Assembly (NCBI GenBank): GCA_951406725.2
Contig: OX597828.1
Span: 60,264,001 to 60,328,000 of the forward strand
DNA: 64,000 nucleotides
Source: Octopus vulgaris
Taxonomy: Eukaryota
Reading direction: 5' to 3'
The translations under genes were made by a program, and so were the position numbers. Numbering within the stretch: position 1 is the stretch's first letter; each line of letters starts with the position of its first letter. The notes under the pieces were generated by a model that was not told the DNA's origin, searched no databases, and saw only the letters and a list, made by a program, of their open reading frames with translations. Positions 18,771 to 30,027 of the stretch are shown here, piece by piece.

Positions 18771-18802
<32 letters not shown>

Positions 18803-21056
18803 GTTGGCAGTTTCTTGGTAGTCAAAGCAATTAGAAGCATGAAGACAGGGAAAGCCCCAGGCCCATCAGGAATTACTACAGAGATGCTCAAAATATCTGG
18901 CAGTGTCGGCTATAGCCTAGTCACCCGTATAGTTAACACGACTGAGTCATACCCAATGACTGGTGTAGCAGCATAATAGTTAACTACTACAAAGGTAAAG
19001 GTGACGCCCTAGATACAAATAATTACAGAGGTATCAAGCTGTTGGATCAGGTAATGAAGGTTACGGAGAGGTTCATAGCTCAACTTATTAGGGAGAGAGT
19101 AAACTTGGATGAGATGCAGTTTGGTTTCGTGCCAGGAAAAAGCACCACTGATGCCATATTTCTGGTAAGACAGCTGCAGGAGAAATACCTAGCCAAGGAT
19201 AAGCCCCTGTACCTGGCTTTCATTGACATGGAGAAAGCCTTTGACAGGGTCCCCCGATCCCTTATCTGGTGTTCAATGAGGAAACTAGGTTAGTGAGAGC
19301 TGTGCAAGCCATGTACAGGGACGCTGCTAGTAAGGTGAGGGTTGGCAACGAGTACACTGAAGAATTCAAAGTAGAGGTTGGGGTCCACCAGGGTTCAGTC
19401 TTCAGCCCCCTCCTATTTATCATAGTTCTCCAGGCAATAACGGAGGAATTCAAGACAGGATGCCCCTGGGAGCTCCTCTATGCTGATGACCTTGTCCTAA
19501 TCGCTGAGTCGCTATCAGAACTAGAAGAAAGTTTCAAGTGTGGAAACAAGGATTAGAATCGAAGGGCCTTAAAATCAACATAGCTGAAACCAAAGTCCTA
19601 ATAAGTAGGAAGGCAGGCAAACCACAAATCCCTTCAGGTAGATGGCCCTGCTCAATCTGTAGTAAGGTGTAGGTAGAAACTCTATAAGATGTACCCAGTG
19701 TGAGCTATGGACACATAAGAGGTGCAGTAATATCAAAGGAAGGCTAACTGGGAAGATAGTTTTTGTATGTTGCAGATGCTTGGGAGCGATAAACACTGGA
19801 AATATGCAGAGACCAATTTCCGCCACATTCCAGGGAGAAAAACTAGAAGTAGTTGATAGCTTCCGTTATCTAGGAGACCAAATCAGTAGCGGAGGAGGGT
19901 GCACTGAAAGTGTAGCTGCTAGAATAAGAATAGCTTGGGCAAAGTTCAGAGAGCTCTTACCTCTGCTGGTGACAAAGGGCCTCTCGCTCAGAGTAAAAGG
20001 TAGACTGTATGATGCATGTGTACGAACAGCCATGCTACACAGCAGTGAAACATGGGCTGTGACAGCTGAGGATATGCGTGAGCTCGCAAGGAATGAAGCC
20101 GGTATGATCCGATGGATGTGTAATGTCAGTGTGCATACTCAACAGAGTGTAAGTACCTTGAGAGAAAAGTTGGACCTAAGAAGCATTAGATGTGGTGTGC
20201 AAGAGAGACGACTGCGCTGGTATGGTCATGTGGTGAGAATGGATGAGGATAGCTGTGTGAAAAAGTGCCACACCCTAGCTGTTGAGGGAACCTGTGGAAG
20301 AGGTAGACCCAGGAAGACCTGGGATGAAGTGGTGAAGCACGACCTTCGAACATTAGGCCTCACCAAGGAAATGACTAGCGACTGAGACCTTTGGAAATAT
20401 GCTGTGCTCGAGAAGACCCGGCAAGCCAGATGAAACCATAACCCATGGTCTATGCCAGGAGCATAACCAGCCCGCTTATGCGTAACTTTTCATTCTTTGG
20501 TCACTAAACTCTGCTTGTGAAGACCTGTTGAGGTAAGTTAAATCAAATCAAAATCAAAATCACTTCGATGACTGGCATCCATGCTAGCGGGGTGCAAAGA
20601 GCACCATACAAGTGTGATCGTTGACAGAGCGGCTTTTCGAGTATGATTGTTAACAGCGTCGCCTTTCTGGCACTTATGCCTGTGCTAGTAGGGTGCCAAG
20701 AACACCATCCGAGTGTGATCGTTGCCAGAGCAGCCAACTGGCTTCCGTACCTGTGGCACGTAAAAGGGCACCATTTGAGCGTGATCATTACCAATGTCGC
20801 TTGAATGGCACCTGTGCCTGTGGGCATGAGTAAAAAGATTCGAGTGAGGTCATTGCCAGTACCACCTGACTGACCCCATGCAGGTGGCATGTAAAAAGCA
20901 CCCACTACACTTTTGGAGTGGTTGGCGTTATGAAGGGCATCCAGCTGTAGAAACTATGCCAGATCACGACTGGAGCCTGGTGCAGCCATCTGGTTGCCAG
21001 CCCTCAGTCAAAACCGTCCAACCCATGCTAGCATGGAAAACGGACGTTAAATGATG

Positions 21057-21058
<2 letters not shown>
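18803..21058 (+). mobile_element. 5'-truncated RTE-clade LINE (RT, C4HC3 finger, repeat-containing 3' UTR, (TGA)n tail)
   Basis: QFGFVPGKST, FIDMEKAFDRVPR, GVHQGSVFSP, LLYADDL, FRYLG, RLRWYGHV, GRPRKTW; several frameshifts; TA runs on both sides. Confidence 0.92.
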
Positions 21059-21088
<30 letters not shown>

Positions 21089-21505
21089 CTGAGAATGTGT
21101 CTGTCTGTCTGTGTGAATCCCTAAAACTTGAGAACTACATAACCAATTTCATTCAAATTTTACACATGCCTTACTTAGGGTCCATGTGTCATTTTTTAAC
21201 TTTTTAACTTTTTGCCTAGGGCAAGCCCAGAGCAATATCATATTTTCTCCACGATTTCAGTATTACATGTCAAAAGTGAAAGAAAAACATCTCCCTATTG
21301 TAATGTCAGATACTTTCACTTTAATACTGAAACTGTTAAAGTTAAACTATTATATAACAGGGATGAACCATTAACAGTGGACACCCATTTTGCTAGAAGA
21401 TCTGGTATGGTCTTAGATACTACACCACTGGTTTTCAATTCATATTAATCAAATTAATATTCAGGTTTTCACCCTTATTTTAAATTTAAATTTATATGTG
21501 TATAT

Positions 21506-24500
21506 GATTGATTGATTCTAGTTTCAGCTTATGAGCTGTGGCCATGCTGGGGCACCGCCATTTGGTGTAGCTACTTGGTTTTACTTCACGAAAGCTTTTT
21601 AGCAACTGCCATTTGGTGCATGAGAGAGTTCGATGCAGCTGCCCTCATCTGCACCTCCTGCCGTGAAGTTGGTTCATCTGGGACACCTGACAGGAAGAGA
21701 TCCAGTTTCATTTTAAAGACATCTGCATCCACCCCATGCAGGTCTCTCAGGTTCTTCGGGAGGATATTGAAGAGCTGTGGGCCTCGGAAGCCCAGGCTAT
21801 CACAGAATCTTGTCCTACATCTTGATGGCAAGTTTGGAGTCCTAGGCACCACGCAGTGGCGCCCAGTTCTGGCATTTGCGTAACTCTCGATGCCAAAGTT
21901 TAGGACACGTCCCTCCAGGATCTTCCAGATGTATATTATGGCATATCTTTCCCGCCTACGCTCCAGGGAATATAGTTTTAATCTCTTGAGTCTTTCCCAG
22001 TAGCTTACATTCTGCATAGAGGCTATCTTCTTCGTGTAGCTACGTTGGATCGCCTCGAGCTCTGTGATCAACTTGACACTGGATGGTGACCATAACTGAG
22101 AGCAGTAGTCAAAGTGGCTTAGGACAAGTGTCCTCCAGAGGACCATCATGGTTTCTTGTTCTCTTGTTCTAAAGGTTCTGAGGATCCATCCGGCCAGTCG
22201 TCTACATTTCATTGCCAATTTAGCAACATGTACACGAAAGGTCGCGTCATCACTCATGTAAATACCTAGGTCACGCACTGATTGTGCCTCTGGGATTGCT
22301 ATTCCTCCGGGTCCAGTGTATTCATTGGGTATTGCATTTAGTTTTGCATGCTGATAGTATAGAGCTTGAAACTTTTCAGCATTGAACTGCATGCTATTCT
22401 TTTCAGCCCACTTGTATATTTTGTCCAGCTCACATTGCAGGTGTTTAGTGTCCTCAGGGTTCTGTATTGCCTGTGAAACTTTTGTATCATCTGCATAACT
22501 TGTGATCGTGGCTCTCTGCGTGGCTGAGGGCATGTCTGAGAGGGCCATTATGAACAGTAGTGGTCCCAGAACAGTGCCCTGCGGAACACCGCTCACTATT
22601 TGCGTGTTAATGGAAGTGGCCCCATTGGCTACTACCACCTGACTTCTATCTTTCAGAAAGTCATGAAGCCATTCTCCCAGTTTTCCAACTATGTTGAGAT
22701 CACGCAGTTTGTGACATATCATTCCATGATCGACTTTATCAAAGGCCTTTGCAAAGTCGAGATATATCACTTCCACATTTGAGTGGTTGAGCAGCCGTTT
22801 CAGCACCCAGTCATAGTGTTGTAGGAGCTGAGTTAAACAGCTTCTCCCTGGTCGGAAACCATGTTGGGTGTCGGGCAGCAAGTCATTCTCTTCAAGGAAG
22901 GTGATCAGCTTCCTTCTGACTATTCGTTCCATGACCTTGCTGATGTGTGAGGTCAGAGAGATAGGTCTGTAGTTCTTGGCTTCCGCTCTGCTACCTCCTT
23001 TATGAATGGGGCATATTTTACCTTCCTTCAGTTTTCTTGGAAGTTTGCCAGCTGCAAGGAAGCTCTGAAAGAGGAACTGCAGTGGTCTTGCTAGGACTCT
23101 CTTACATGCTTTTAGGAGGATTGCCGGGAATCCATCGGGGCCAGTAGCTGAGTCTGTTTTCATTTCATCTATAGCCTTGATTACATCGTCTTCCTTTATA
23201 TCGATGTAATCTATCGTCGCCGCCTCTGATTTTATATCTGCAGTGGTAAAAAAGTCAGTTGGATTGGTGATTTGGAGATGCCCAAGGGGTGGAGTGAAAA
23301 CACTCTTGAATTGCTCATTCAGTATTTCACTTACCCTCATTGGTTTTCCTGTAAGTGTGCCATCCTTTTCGAGGAGTGGCCCTATTCTACAGTGCACCGT
23401 AGCTGTTTCTTTGGCATACCTGTAGAAAGCTCTGGGGTTAGATTTTATGTTGTCTATAGCCCAGGCTTCTTTGTCTGCTCTTTCTTTTTCATGGGAGAGT
23501 TGCAGACATTTTTCGATTTCCAACAGTTTTATTTTTAGGCGGGACTTTTCACTGCTTTCAATCTGTTTGTTTAGGCGATTTGAAAATTTTGTACGCCGTC
23601 TCATTAAAATTTTCCTCTCTCTGGGGATTTTGTTCTTGTGTACAGTGGCCTTTCTCTCTGGGACACATTTGTAGCATATGGCTTGCATTACAGACATGAA
23701 TTGTTGAAGTTTCACGTCGATGTCTGGCGAGGAGAGACATTTAGGCCAGTTTTGTTTGAGGATCTCTTTCTCAATTTGTTTCCAGTTTGCCTTATGGTAG
23801 TTCAAGCTGGAAAGATTCTGAGGGTTTCTTGTAGGCTGCATGTCCGTGCTCTCTTTTGGCCCGTACATGGTCAGCTCTATCATGTTGTGATCCGAGAGTA
23901 GTGTCGGTGTCACTTTCACATTATGGATGAGATCCATGTCATTTGTGAAGCAGAGATCCAGTGTGTTACCTGCCCTGGTTGGTTGGAGTATTACCTGCTC
24001 CATGTACAGGGTGTTGATGAGGTTCAGGAGGGACCTCGCCTGTCCTCGTTCACATCTTGTCATTCCTGGGAGAGAAAGGCCCTCGGGCCATCTGACATTG
24101 GGCAGATTGAAGTCTCCCATAAGAAGTACACTTATGTGTTGTTCTAATGTGGTTAGAACTTCTTCTATTTTTATAAGGCAGTCTTCAAACTTGCCCACAT
24201 GGCTTGGGGCATCTGGAGGGCGATATGTAGCACACACAACTACATCAAGTTGCCTAATATGTACAATTAGTGTGTCACACACCGAGTTTGAGTATGACAA
24301 GAGGACCTGGGGTGTGAGGTCCTCACGGATGTACATAGCAACACCTCCATGACTCCTTTCTTTCTGTTGGTCCGTAGTACAGCATACTGTGGTATGTGTA
24401 ACTCCGCATCTGCTATGTCCGGTTTCAGGTGCGTTTCCGTAAGTGCTATGCATAAGGCTTGATTGCATGCAACAAAGTCTCTCAGGAACGGGATTTTTGT

Positions 24501-24726
24501 CCTGTTACTGAGTGTTTGCAGCCCTCTGATGTTCAGTAGGAGCATCGAGGTGAGGTGTACGTTGTTGCCGGCGGTGTCCATCCTGGGTCTGTTTGCTGTG
24601 GTGGTCTTGTATATAGTGGGTAGTCCCACCTGCGGGCTTGGGTTTGATGAAGCCAGGTCAGCTGCTGTACAATCTTTTGTGCCATGCACAAAAAAGATTG
24701 TTGCTCAGCAGCTGCCCTTTCGACAA

Positions 24727-24730
<4 letters not shown>
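21506..24730 (-). mobile_element. CR1/L2-group LINE with ORF1 C-terminal remnant and nearly intact ORF2 (APE + RT)
   Basis: EN N-terminus ([13 protein letters not shown]) in ORF 24267..24689 joins, by one frameshift near 24360, ORF 21586..24468 (GGVAMY, YRPP, GDFN, SDH, YADD). (AATC)n tail; 5' end abuts a TA array. Confidence 0.95.
21586..24468 (-). CDS. LINE ORF2 endonuclease/reverse transcriptase (first ~35 aa of listed ORF are out of frame)
   Basis: 960-aa ORF with APE and RT motifs; the true N-terminus lies in the overlapping frame. Confidence 0.9.
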   Translation of the reverse strand: MQSSLMHSTYGNAPETGHSRCGVTHTTVCCTTDQQKERSHGGVAMYIREDLTPQVLLSYSNSVCDTLIVHIRQLDVVVCATYRPPDAPSHVGKFEDCLIKIEEVLTTLEQHISVLLMGDFNLPNVRWPEGLSLPGMTRCERGQARSLLNLINTLYMEQVILQPTRAGNTLDLCFTNDMDLIHNVKVTPTLLSDHNMIELTMYGPKESTDMQPTRNPQNLSSLNYHKANWKQIEKEILKQNWPKCLSSPDIDVKLQQFMSVMQAICYKCVPERKATVHKNKIPRERKILMRRRTKFSNRLNKQIESSEKSRLKIKLLEIEKCLQLSHEKERADKEAWAIDNIKSNPRAFYRYAKETATVHCRIGPLLEKDGTLTGKPMRVSEILNEQFKSVFTPPLGHLQITNPTDFFTTADIKSEAATIDYIDIKEDDVIKAIDEMKTDSATGPDGFPAILLKACKRVLARPLQFLFQSFLAAGKLPRKLKEGKICPIHKGGSRAEAKNYRPISLTSHISKVMERIVRRKLITFLEENDLLPDTQHGFRPGRSCLTQLLQHYDWVLKRLLNHSNVEVIYLDFAKAFDKVDHGMICHKLRDLNIVGKLGEWLHDFLKDRSQVVVANGATSINTQIVSGVPQGTVLGPLLFIMALSDMPSATQRATITSYADDTKVSQAIQNPEDTKHLQCELDKIYKWAEKNSMQFNAEKFQALYYQHAKLNAIPNEYTGPGGIAIPEAQSVRDLGIYMSDDATFRVHVAKLAMKCRRLAGWILRTFRTREQETMMVLWRTLVLSHFDYCSQLWSPSSVKLITELEAIQRSYTKKIASMQNVSYWERLKRLKLYSLERRRERYAIIYIWKILEGRVLNFGIESYANARTGRHCVVPRTPNLPSRCRTRFCDSLGFRGPQLFNILPKNLRDLHGVDADVFKMKLDLFLSGVPDEPTSRQEVQMRAAASNSLMHQMAVAKKLS

Positions 24731-24765
<35 letters not shown>

Positions 24766-24793
24766 TGTATACATATAGATGTATATGGATGTG

Positions 24794-24825
<32 letters not shown>

Positions 24826-24849
24826 GATGTATACATATAGATGTATATG

Positions 24850-24883
<34 letters not shown>

Positions 24884-24905
24884 TGTATACATATAGATGT
24901 ATATG

Positions 24906-24941
<36 letters not shown>

Positions 24942-25015
24942 TGTATACATATAGATGTATATGGATGTATATATATATATATATATATATAGATGTATAC
25001 ATATAGATGTATATG

Positions 25016-25055
<40 letters not shown>

Positions 25056-25117
25056 TGTATACATATAGATGTATATGGATGTGTATATATATATATATAT
25101 ATATATATGGATGTGTG

Positions 25118-25152
<35 letters not shown>

Positions 25153-25340
25153 AGCTGTTTATGTATACATGTTTATGTATACATGTATATGTATAGCTGT
25201 TTATGTATACATGTTTATGTATACATGTATATGTATAGCTGTTTATGTATACATGTATATGTATAGCTGTTTATGTATAGCTGTATATGTATACATGTAT
25301 GTGTAGATGTATATATATATAGATGTACATGTAATATTTA
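24731..25340. repeat. TA-derived compound minisatellites
   Basis: Repeats of agatgtatacatatagatgtatatggatg+(TA)n, then gtatagctgtttatgtatacat units. Confidence 0.9.
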
Positions 25341-25539
25341 CACATATATACATGCATACATATATATACTGGCCTGCTCGCTTAGCCAGTGGGGTGGCGT
25401 CATTCGAAGGCTAAAACAATGTGAACGCATTGTGACCAGCAATGTGTAACTACATCTGATGGACTGGTCGGTCACGTGATGACATATATATACACCCATA
25501 CACCCCCCACCCATACGCACACATTCACACACATACATA

Positions 25540-25870
25540 GGTGCAGGTGTGGCTGCATGGTAACAAACCTGGTTCCAAAACACATGGTCCTCAGTTCAGT
25601 CCCACTGTGTGGTAATTTGGCATGTGTCTTCTGCTATAGCCTCAAACCAATCAAAGCCTTGTCAGTGGATTTTATAGACAGAAACTGAAAGAAATCAATT
25701 GTTTATACATGTATGTATATATGTAAGTCTATGTGTGTCTTTGTGTTTCTCCCTCATCACTGCTTCACAACAGGTGTTCATTTATTTACATCCCCATAAC
25801 TTACTAGTTTCACAAGAATAAACTAATAGAATAATTACCAGGCTTATCAACGTAAAAAAAAGTACTAGGC
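25540..25870 (+). mobile_element. tRNA-derived SINE (family 2)
   Basis: gtggctgcatggtaa..gttcagtcccactg..gtcttctgctatagcc..acagaaactgaaagaa matches the other family 2 copies. Confidence 0.75.
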
Positions 25871-27709
25871 TGTGTCTCATATTTTTGTTTGCCCACTAAG
25901 TTGTATCTATCAATTTATCTTTGTGTGTGTGTGTGTGAGTAAAGTTAGTTGATTGCAAACCTCCTTTCAGTCTTTTTATTATCACTAGGTCACACATAGT
26001 CCCCAGACGGTAACATTGATTTCAAGGCCTTCCCAGATGAGTGACTGGTTATTCAAAGACGTTTATAGATTGCAAATTTTTCCTGTCCAGTTACGTATCA
26101 GTATAGTGGTCATTTGCAAACTCCAGAGGTGACACTTTCATTTCTCCTTAGCCCTCATGTCAACACAGTTGTTAATGTTTATTTCAGTTGGGTCCCACCC
26201 TTCCAATTGCTATAGATTCGTAATGCATCTTACGGCTCTGCGTGTCACCTGGATGGTGAGGAATCCTACATTGGGAGTGGTAACGACTAGGGTAGGGTAG
26301 CTGACTGCTTATTGCGATCATTCGTCTTTTGGTTTCCTGTAGCTTTGCTCTCTTTTACAAACCCAGTGAACATACATTTCCTATTTCAAAGAAATTCAAA
26401 CAATAGATATAAGACCCAAGTTAAAAAGATTCTCAACAATTAAACTTCTCTGCTTGACATTAAGACACCCACTCCCAGCAGGGGCCTTAACTCTCACATT
26501 TTAGTGCCCCATGATTATCATTTTTCAAGAGGAAAATCTTTTTAACAGGTTCAGTAAGACTGGAATTTTGGAATATGCTCATAAAAATCAGTAGTTTGGG
26601 ATACATGTGGCACGATTACAATTATTTTTAGGGTGTGTAAAGAGGGAAATAACACTCATAGATATTCCAGTTCATTACAGAAAATATAACAGAAAAGTCT
26701 AATTCTTCAATTGCATGTAACACGAGCAATGCCGGGTATCTCTGCAAGTATGTATATATATATGTATTTCATCACTTCATGTTGTGGTTCTACATCAAAA
26801 TTACTATTCAGTTGTCCGTTGTGATTTGATACTGCTGATTGTGGAATCACTTGTTATTATCTGCATCACACTTCATACCTTACTTTTCTTCTTCAACTTA
26901 ACCCCCTTCTTCCTTTTCTATTTCTCCTCCTTCTTCCTTTTTTTTTGTTCCTCTTCTACTTCATCTTCTATCTCATTTGCTGCTTCTTCTGTCTGTCTTC
27001 TCCTTCTTCATCTTCTGTTTCCTCATTCCCTAACCAAACATTTATCTGCTTTAGTATTAGCACTGTACATGCCCTGTTCATCTTTTCACAATCTATTTTC
27101 TTTTTTATCTTTATTTACTTTTTTGTTTCCTCCTCATATAAGCAAAACACAAAGCCAGGCAGACACACAATACAAGAGTGCGCTTTTCAGGTAGGTCTGA
27201 AGAAGTGCCACTCTAATGCCTAAAAGAAATTTTAGCACTTCCCCTTATTTGGATGAGAGTGATGAGTGGCAAGAGGACATCTATATCACAATGTAGAACA
27301 AATATCTCAGGAACTTTGAAAACAACTTTTGTTTTCTCACCAATTTCCATTTTTTGGTAATGTTTATGCTTGCGTGTGTGTATAACCCAGATTCTGCATA
27401 GTTTCCTTCAACTTAATTTTAGTTCAAAATTTGTAGAAGATATCCAATGTATTGTGAAGTAGGGTTATAAACTTAATCACACAGCCATGCCTGTACCCAT
27501 TTAAAATGAGTTCTACATATTGAATTTTAGTGCATATCAAATCTGCATACATTGTGTGTTACGTGTTTAAAATAGCATAAAATTCCATAATTTATCAAAT
27601 GTTTGAAGAAAACTACAAAACTGAAATGAATGTAAATTTGAAATTTAATGTTGTGTTAAATTAAAATATATAGCTTTGTAGTATGTCTTCCTTATTAGAA
27701 TGTCTTTAA

Positions 27710-29147
27710 CCCTTTTGTTACTAACCCGGCCGTGGCCGGCTGTAAAATGTTTTGGTTCATAATACCAAGCCGGCCGTGAGAACCTATTGTTATTTAAATG
27801 TAAATTTAAACCCAAATCTCGTTGGTACATTCGTTAAAACATGTGATTTCACATTGTAAATAGTTAAGTTATAGTATCCGACATTGCTTGAAGTGATATC
27901 TCAACTCAGTGAATTTTGGGAGATTTTTTTCCACATGTTTTTCGGCATCGATATTTCTTCAACTTTGAAAATGGATAGGAGTTTCATGTTATCAAGCATT
28001 GATTCCGAATTTAAAGCTTTTTCAATGGAAAATAGGGAGATATCGAGAAAAAGAATGAAATAGGTACTAAAGCACGTGGTGTACAAAATAATGAATATTT
28101 TTTTATCCGAAAATGAAAGCTGCGCCTTCCGAAGAAACAAAGTGGTGAAGGCGACAGCGAAGACGATTTTACATCGGAATGAAGTAAAAAAAACTTTTTA
28201 AATGTTTTTATTAGCAATTTTTCTGAGGAAATAAAGTTTATCTATAGCCTTTCTTAGGAAGTGAAATCATTAGACTTTTATTTTTGTCAGTATGCTAGTT
28301 TGAAGCGATCACTTCGAAAAACAAATTTACGCAGATTGTAAACAAACACAAAATGGGGGTTCAAAGTTTGGAAAATTTGTGAAGCAAATACTGGGTACTG
28401 TTGTGGATTTAGTTTTTATACAGGGAAACTAATGTTAGTCAGCATGGCTTAGGGTACGATGTGGTCTGGAAGTTATTGTTTGAAGCGATCAATGCGTAAA
28501 CAAACACAAAATCAGGGATCAAATTTCGGAAAATTTGTGAAGCAAATTACTGGGTACTGCGTGGATTTAGTTTTTATACAGGGAAAATGTTAGTCAGCAT
28601 GGCCTAGGGAACGATGTGGTCTGGAATTTATCACTTCCATACCATAACCAGGGCCGTATATTATTTTTTGACCGATTTCTTTAGTTCGGTCAAACTTACG
28701 GTGGATTCCAATATTTCAGTTTATTCCACCTTTATGGTACACCTGTTGTGCATTAAATTCAACTGATGATATAGTGATGTGCACAATTCTTATTTATCAA
28801 AATTTTGTTGCATACCCATTTGAATATTAGCTGATGATTCATTTTCTATAGTGATGTTTAAACAAAATTTTAATTTTTTACCTTTTGCTCAATTTAAAAT
28901 TTTTATATTTTTACCTTTTGCTCAATTTACCTGGATTTACCTGTAATTAAAGTCACTTTGAGACAAAAGTTATGCAATAGAATTGATTAAGAACCCTTTC
29001 TTTAATTATGTTCCAAGTATCACATTATGTTGATAAGTAAAAAAGTTACAGTTATTTAATGAAACAAGCCTAGATTCATGATTATTTTAGAATTTAATTG
29101 AAACTCATGAGGGGTGTATTTTGGTCAGAAATATAGTAACGAAAGGG
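27710..29147 (+). mobile_element. Internally deleted piggyBac transposon
   Basis: TTAA TSDs (27706-09, 29148-51); TIRs cccttttgttacta / tagtaacgaaaggg (13/14); transposase remnants KWGFKVWKICEANTGY, HGLGYDVVW, FFD..FSSVKL. Confidence 0.9.
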
Positions 29148-29817
29148 TTAATTGTCTAAATTTACATTTTAATATTAAAATCAAAATACTTATTTGAATC
29201 TTCTTATTATGTTAGAGTTAATAGCACTTGTACATTGACCATTTGTTACAATGTGAATGTCTCTCAAAAGAAAAGGGTGTTTAGTATTTCATTTTTCTTA
29301 TTTCTATAACTTTTCCACATGTTTATTGAGCTTTCAGTTTTGTAACAGTGATTACAAATCAGAAATGCAAAAATAATAACTCATCATGTATTTCGAACAG
29401 GCTATTTTAATTTTCAATACTTAAAAAGAAAGTAACTAAGGATAGAGAAATTGACAGTGTATTGAGTCTTGAAAGGGAATCTAGTGAAAACTAGATTATT
29501 TCTTCTCCAAATTTTTTATATTCTGTGTATGTATATATGTATGTTTCTGTATTTCCTGTCTCATAGTCATACATATAATGTAACTAATTTACACATAATC
29601 ATTCACACAATGCTACACTAAAATATTATGGCCTATATGTGTATGTACAGCCACAAAACTTCAAACCATAGATAACATAACTGTTGCTTGTTTGACAAAT
29701 GGTTTACTTGATTCTTTGGCATAAGATCATTTTTTTATCTCTGATGTAGATTTTGTCTTTTTGAGATTTGTTGTTTTTATTTATTTATTTATTTATTTTT
29801 TGTCCTGTATCTTCTAG

Positions 29818-30027
29818 ACTGAATTAGAAGAGGTTGAAAGCCGTAATGAAGAATATGTTTTAACGAGAGCTTTTCTTAGCCTGATCAGTACCTTAATTGA
29901 TCATTCCATTCCAGCTGGTTTAGGTGCTGGACACAGATCTCCCGGTTTTCAACCTTATTTGGATTTCATTATTGATGGAGTATTCCTTAAATGCTTTTCA
30001 AGAGCTTACAAGAATCCAACAGAAAAG
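29818..30027 (+). CDS. NUP205: Nup205 exon (TELEEVESRNEEYVLTRAF...RAYKNPTEK)
   Basis: ttctag/gtaagt, 210 nt, phase 0-0; matches human ELNEIESRCEEYPLTRAF..GAGLRPPGF..RAYRRAAEK. Confidence 0.95.

Larger units (their letters stand above)
18238..18771. mobile_element. Penelope-like pLTR-derived element with inverted partial copy (long palindrome)
   Basis: Arms 18323-18540 and 18555-18771 are near-perfect reverse complements around a 14-nt spacer; each contains a hammerhead core; flanked by (TA)n and (CA)n. Confidence 0.75.
21075..26748 (+). mobile_element. Probable non-autonomous Helitron split by a LINE, satellite and SINEs
   Basis: Helitron-like 5' (tatatgaaactgagaatgtgtctgtctgtctgtgtg) and 3' hairpin cacgagcaatgccggg plus degenerate CAAG|T at 26721-26749, resembling the 38973-39266 Helitron end. 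Confidence 0.45.

Noticed and set aside
26784-27223. Hydrophobic F/L/S-rich ORFs
   Set aside because: Translation of a CT-rich low-complexity intronic tract.
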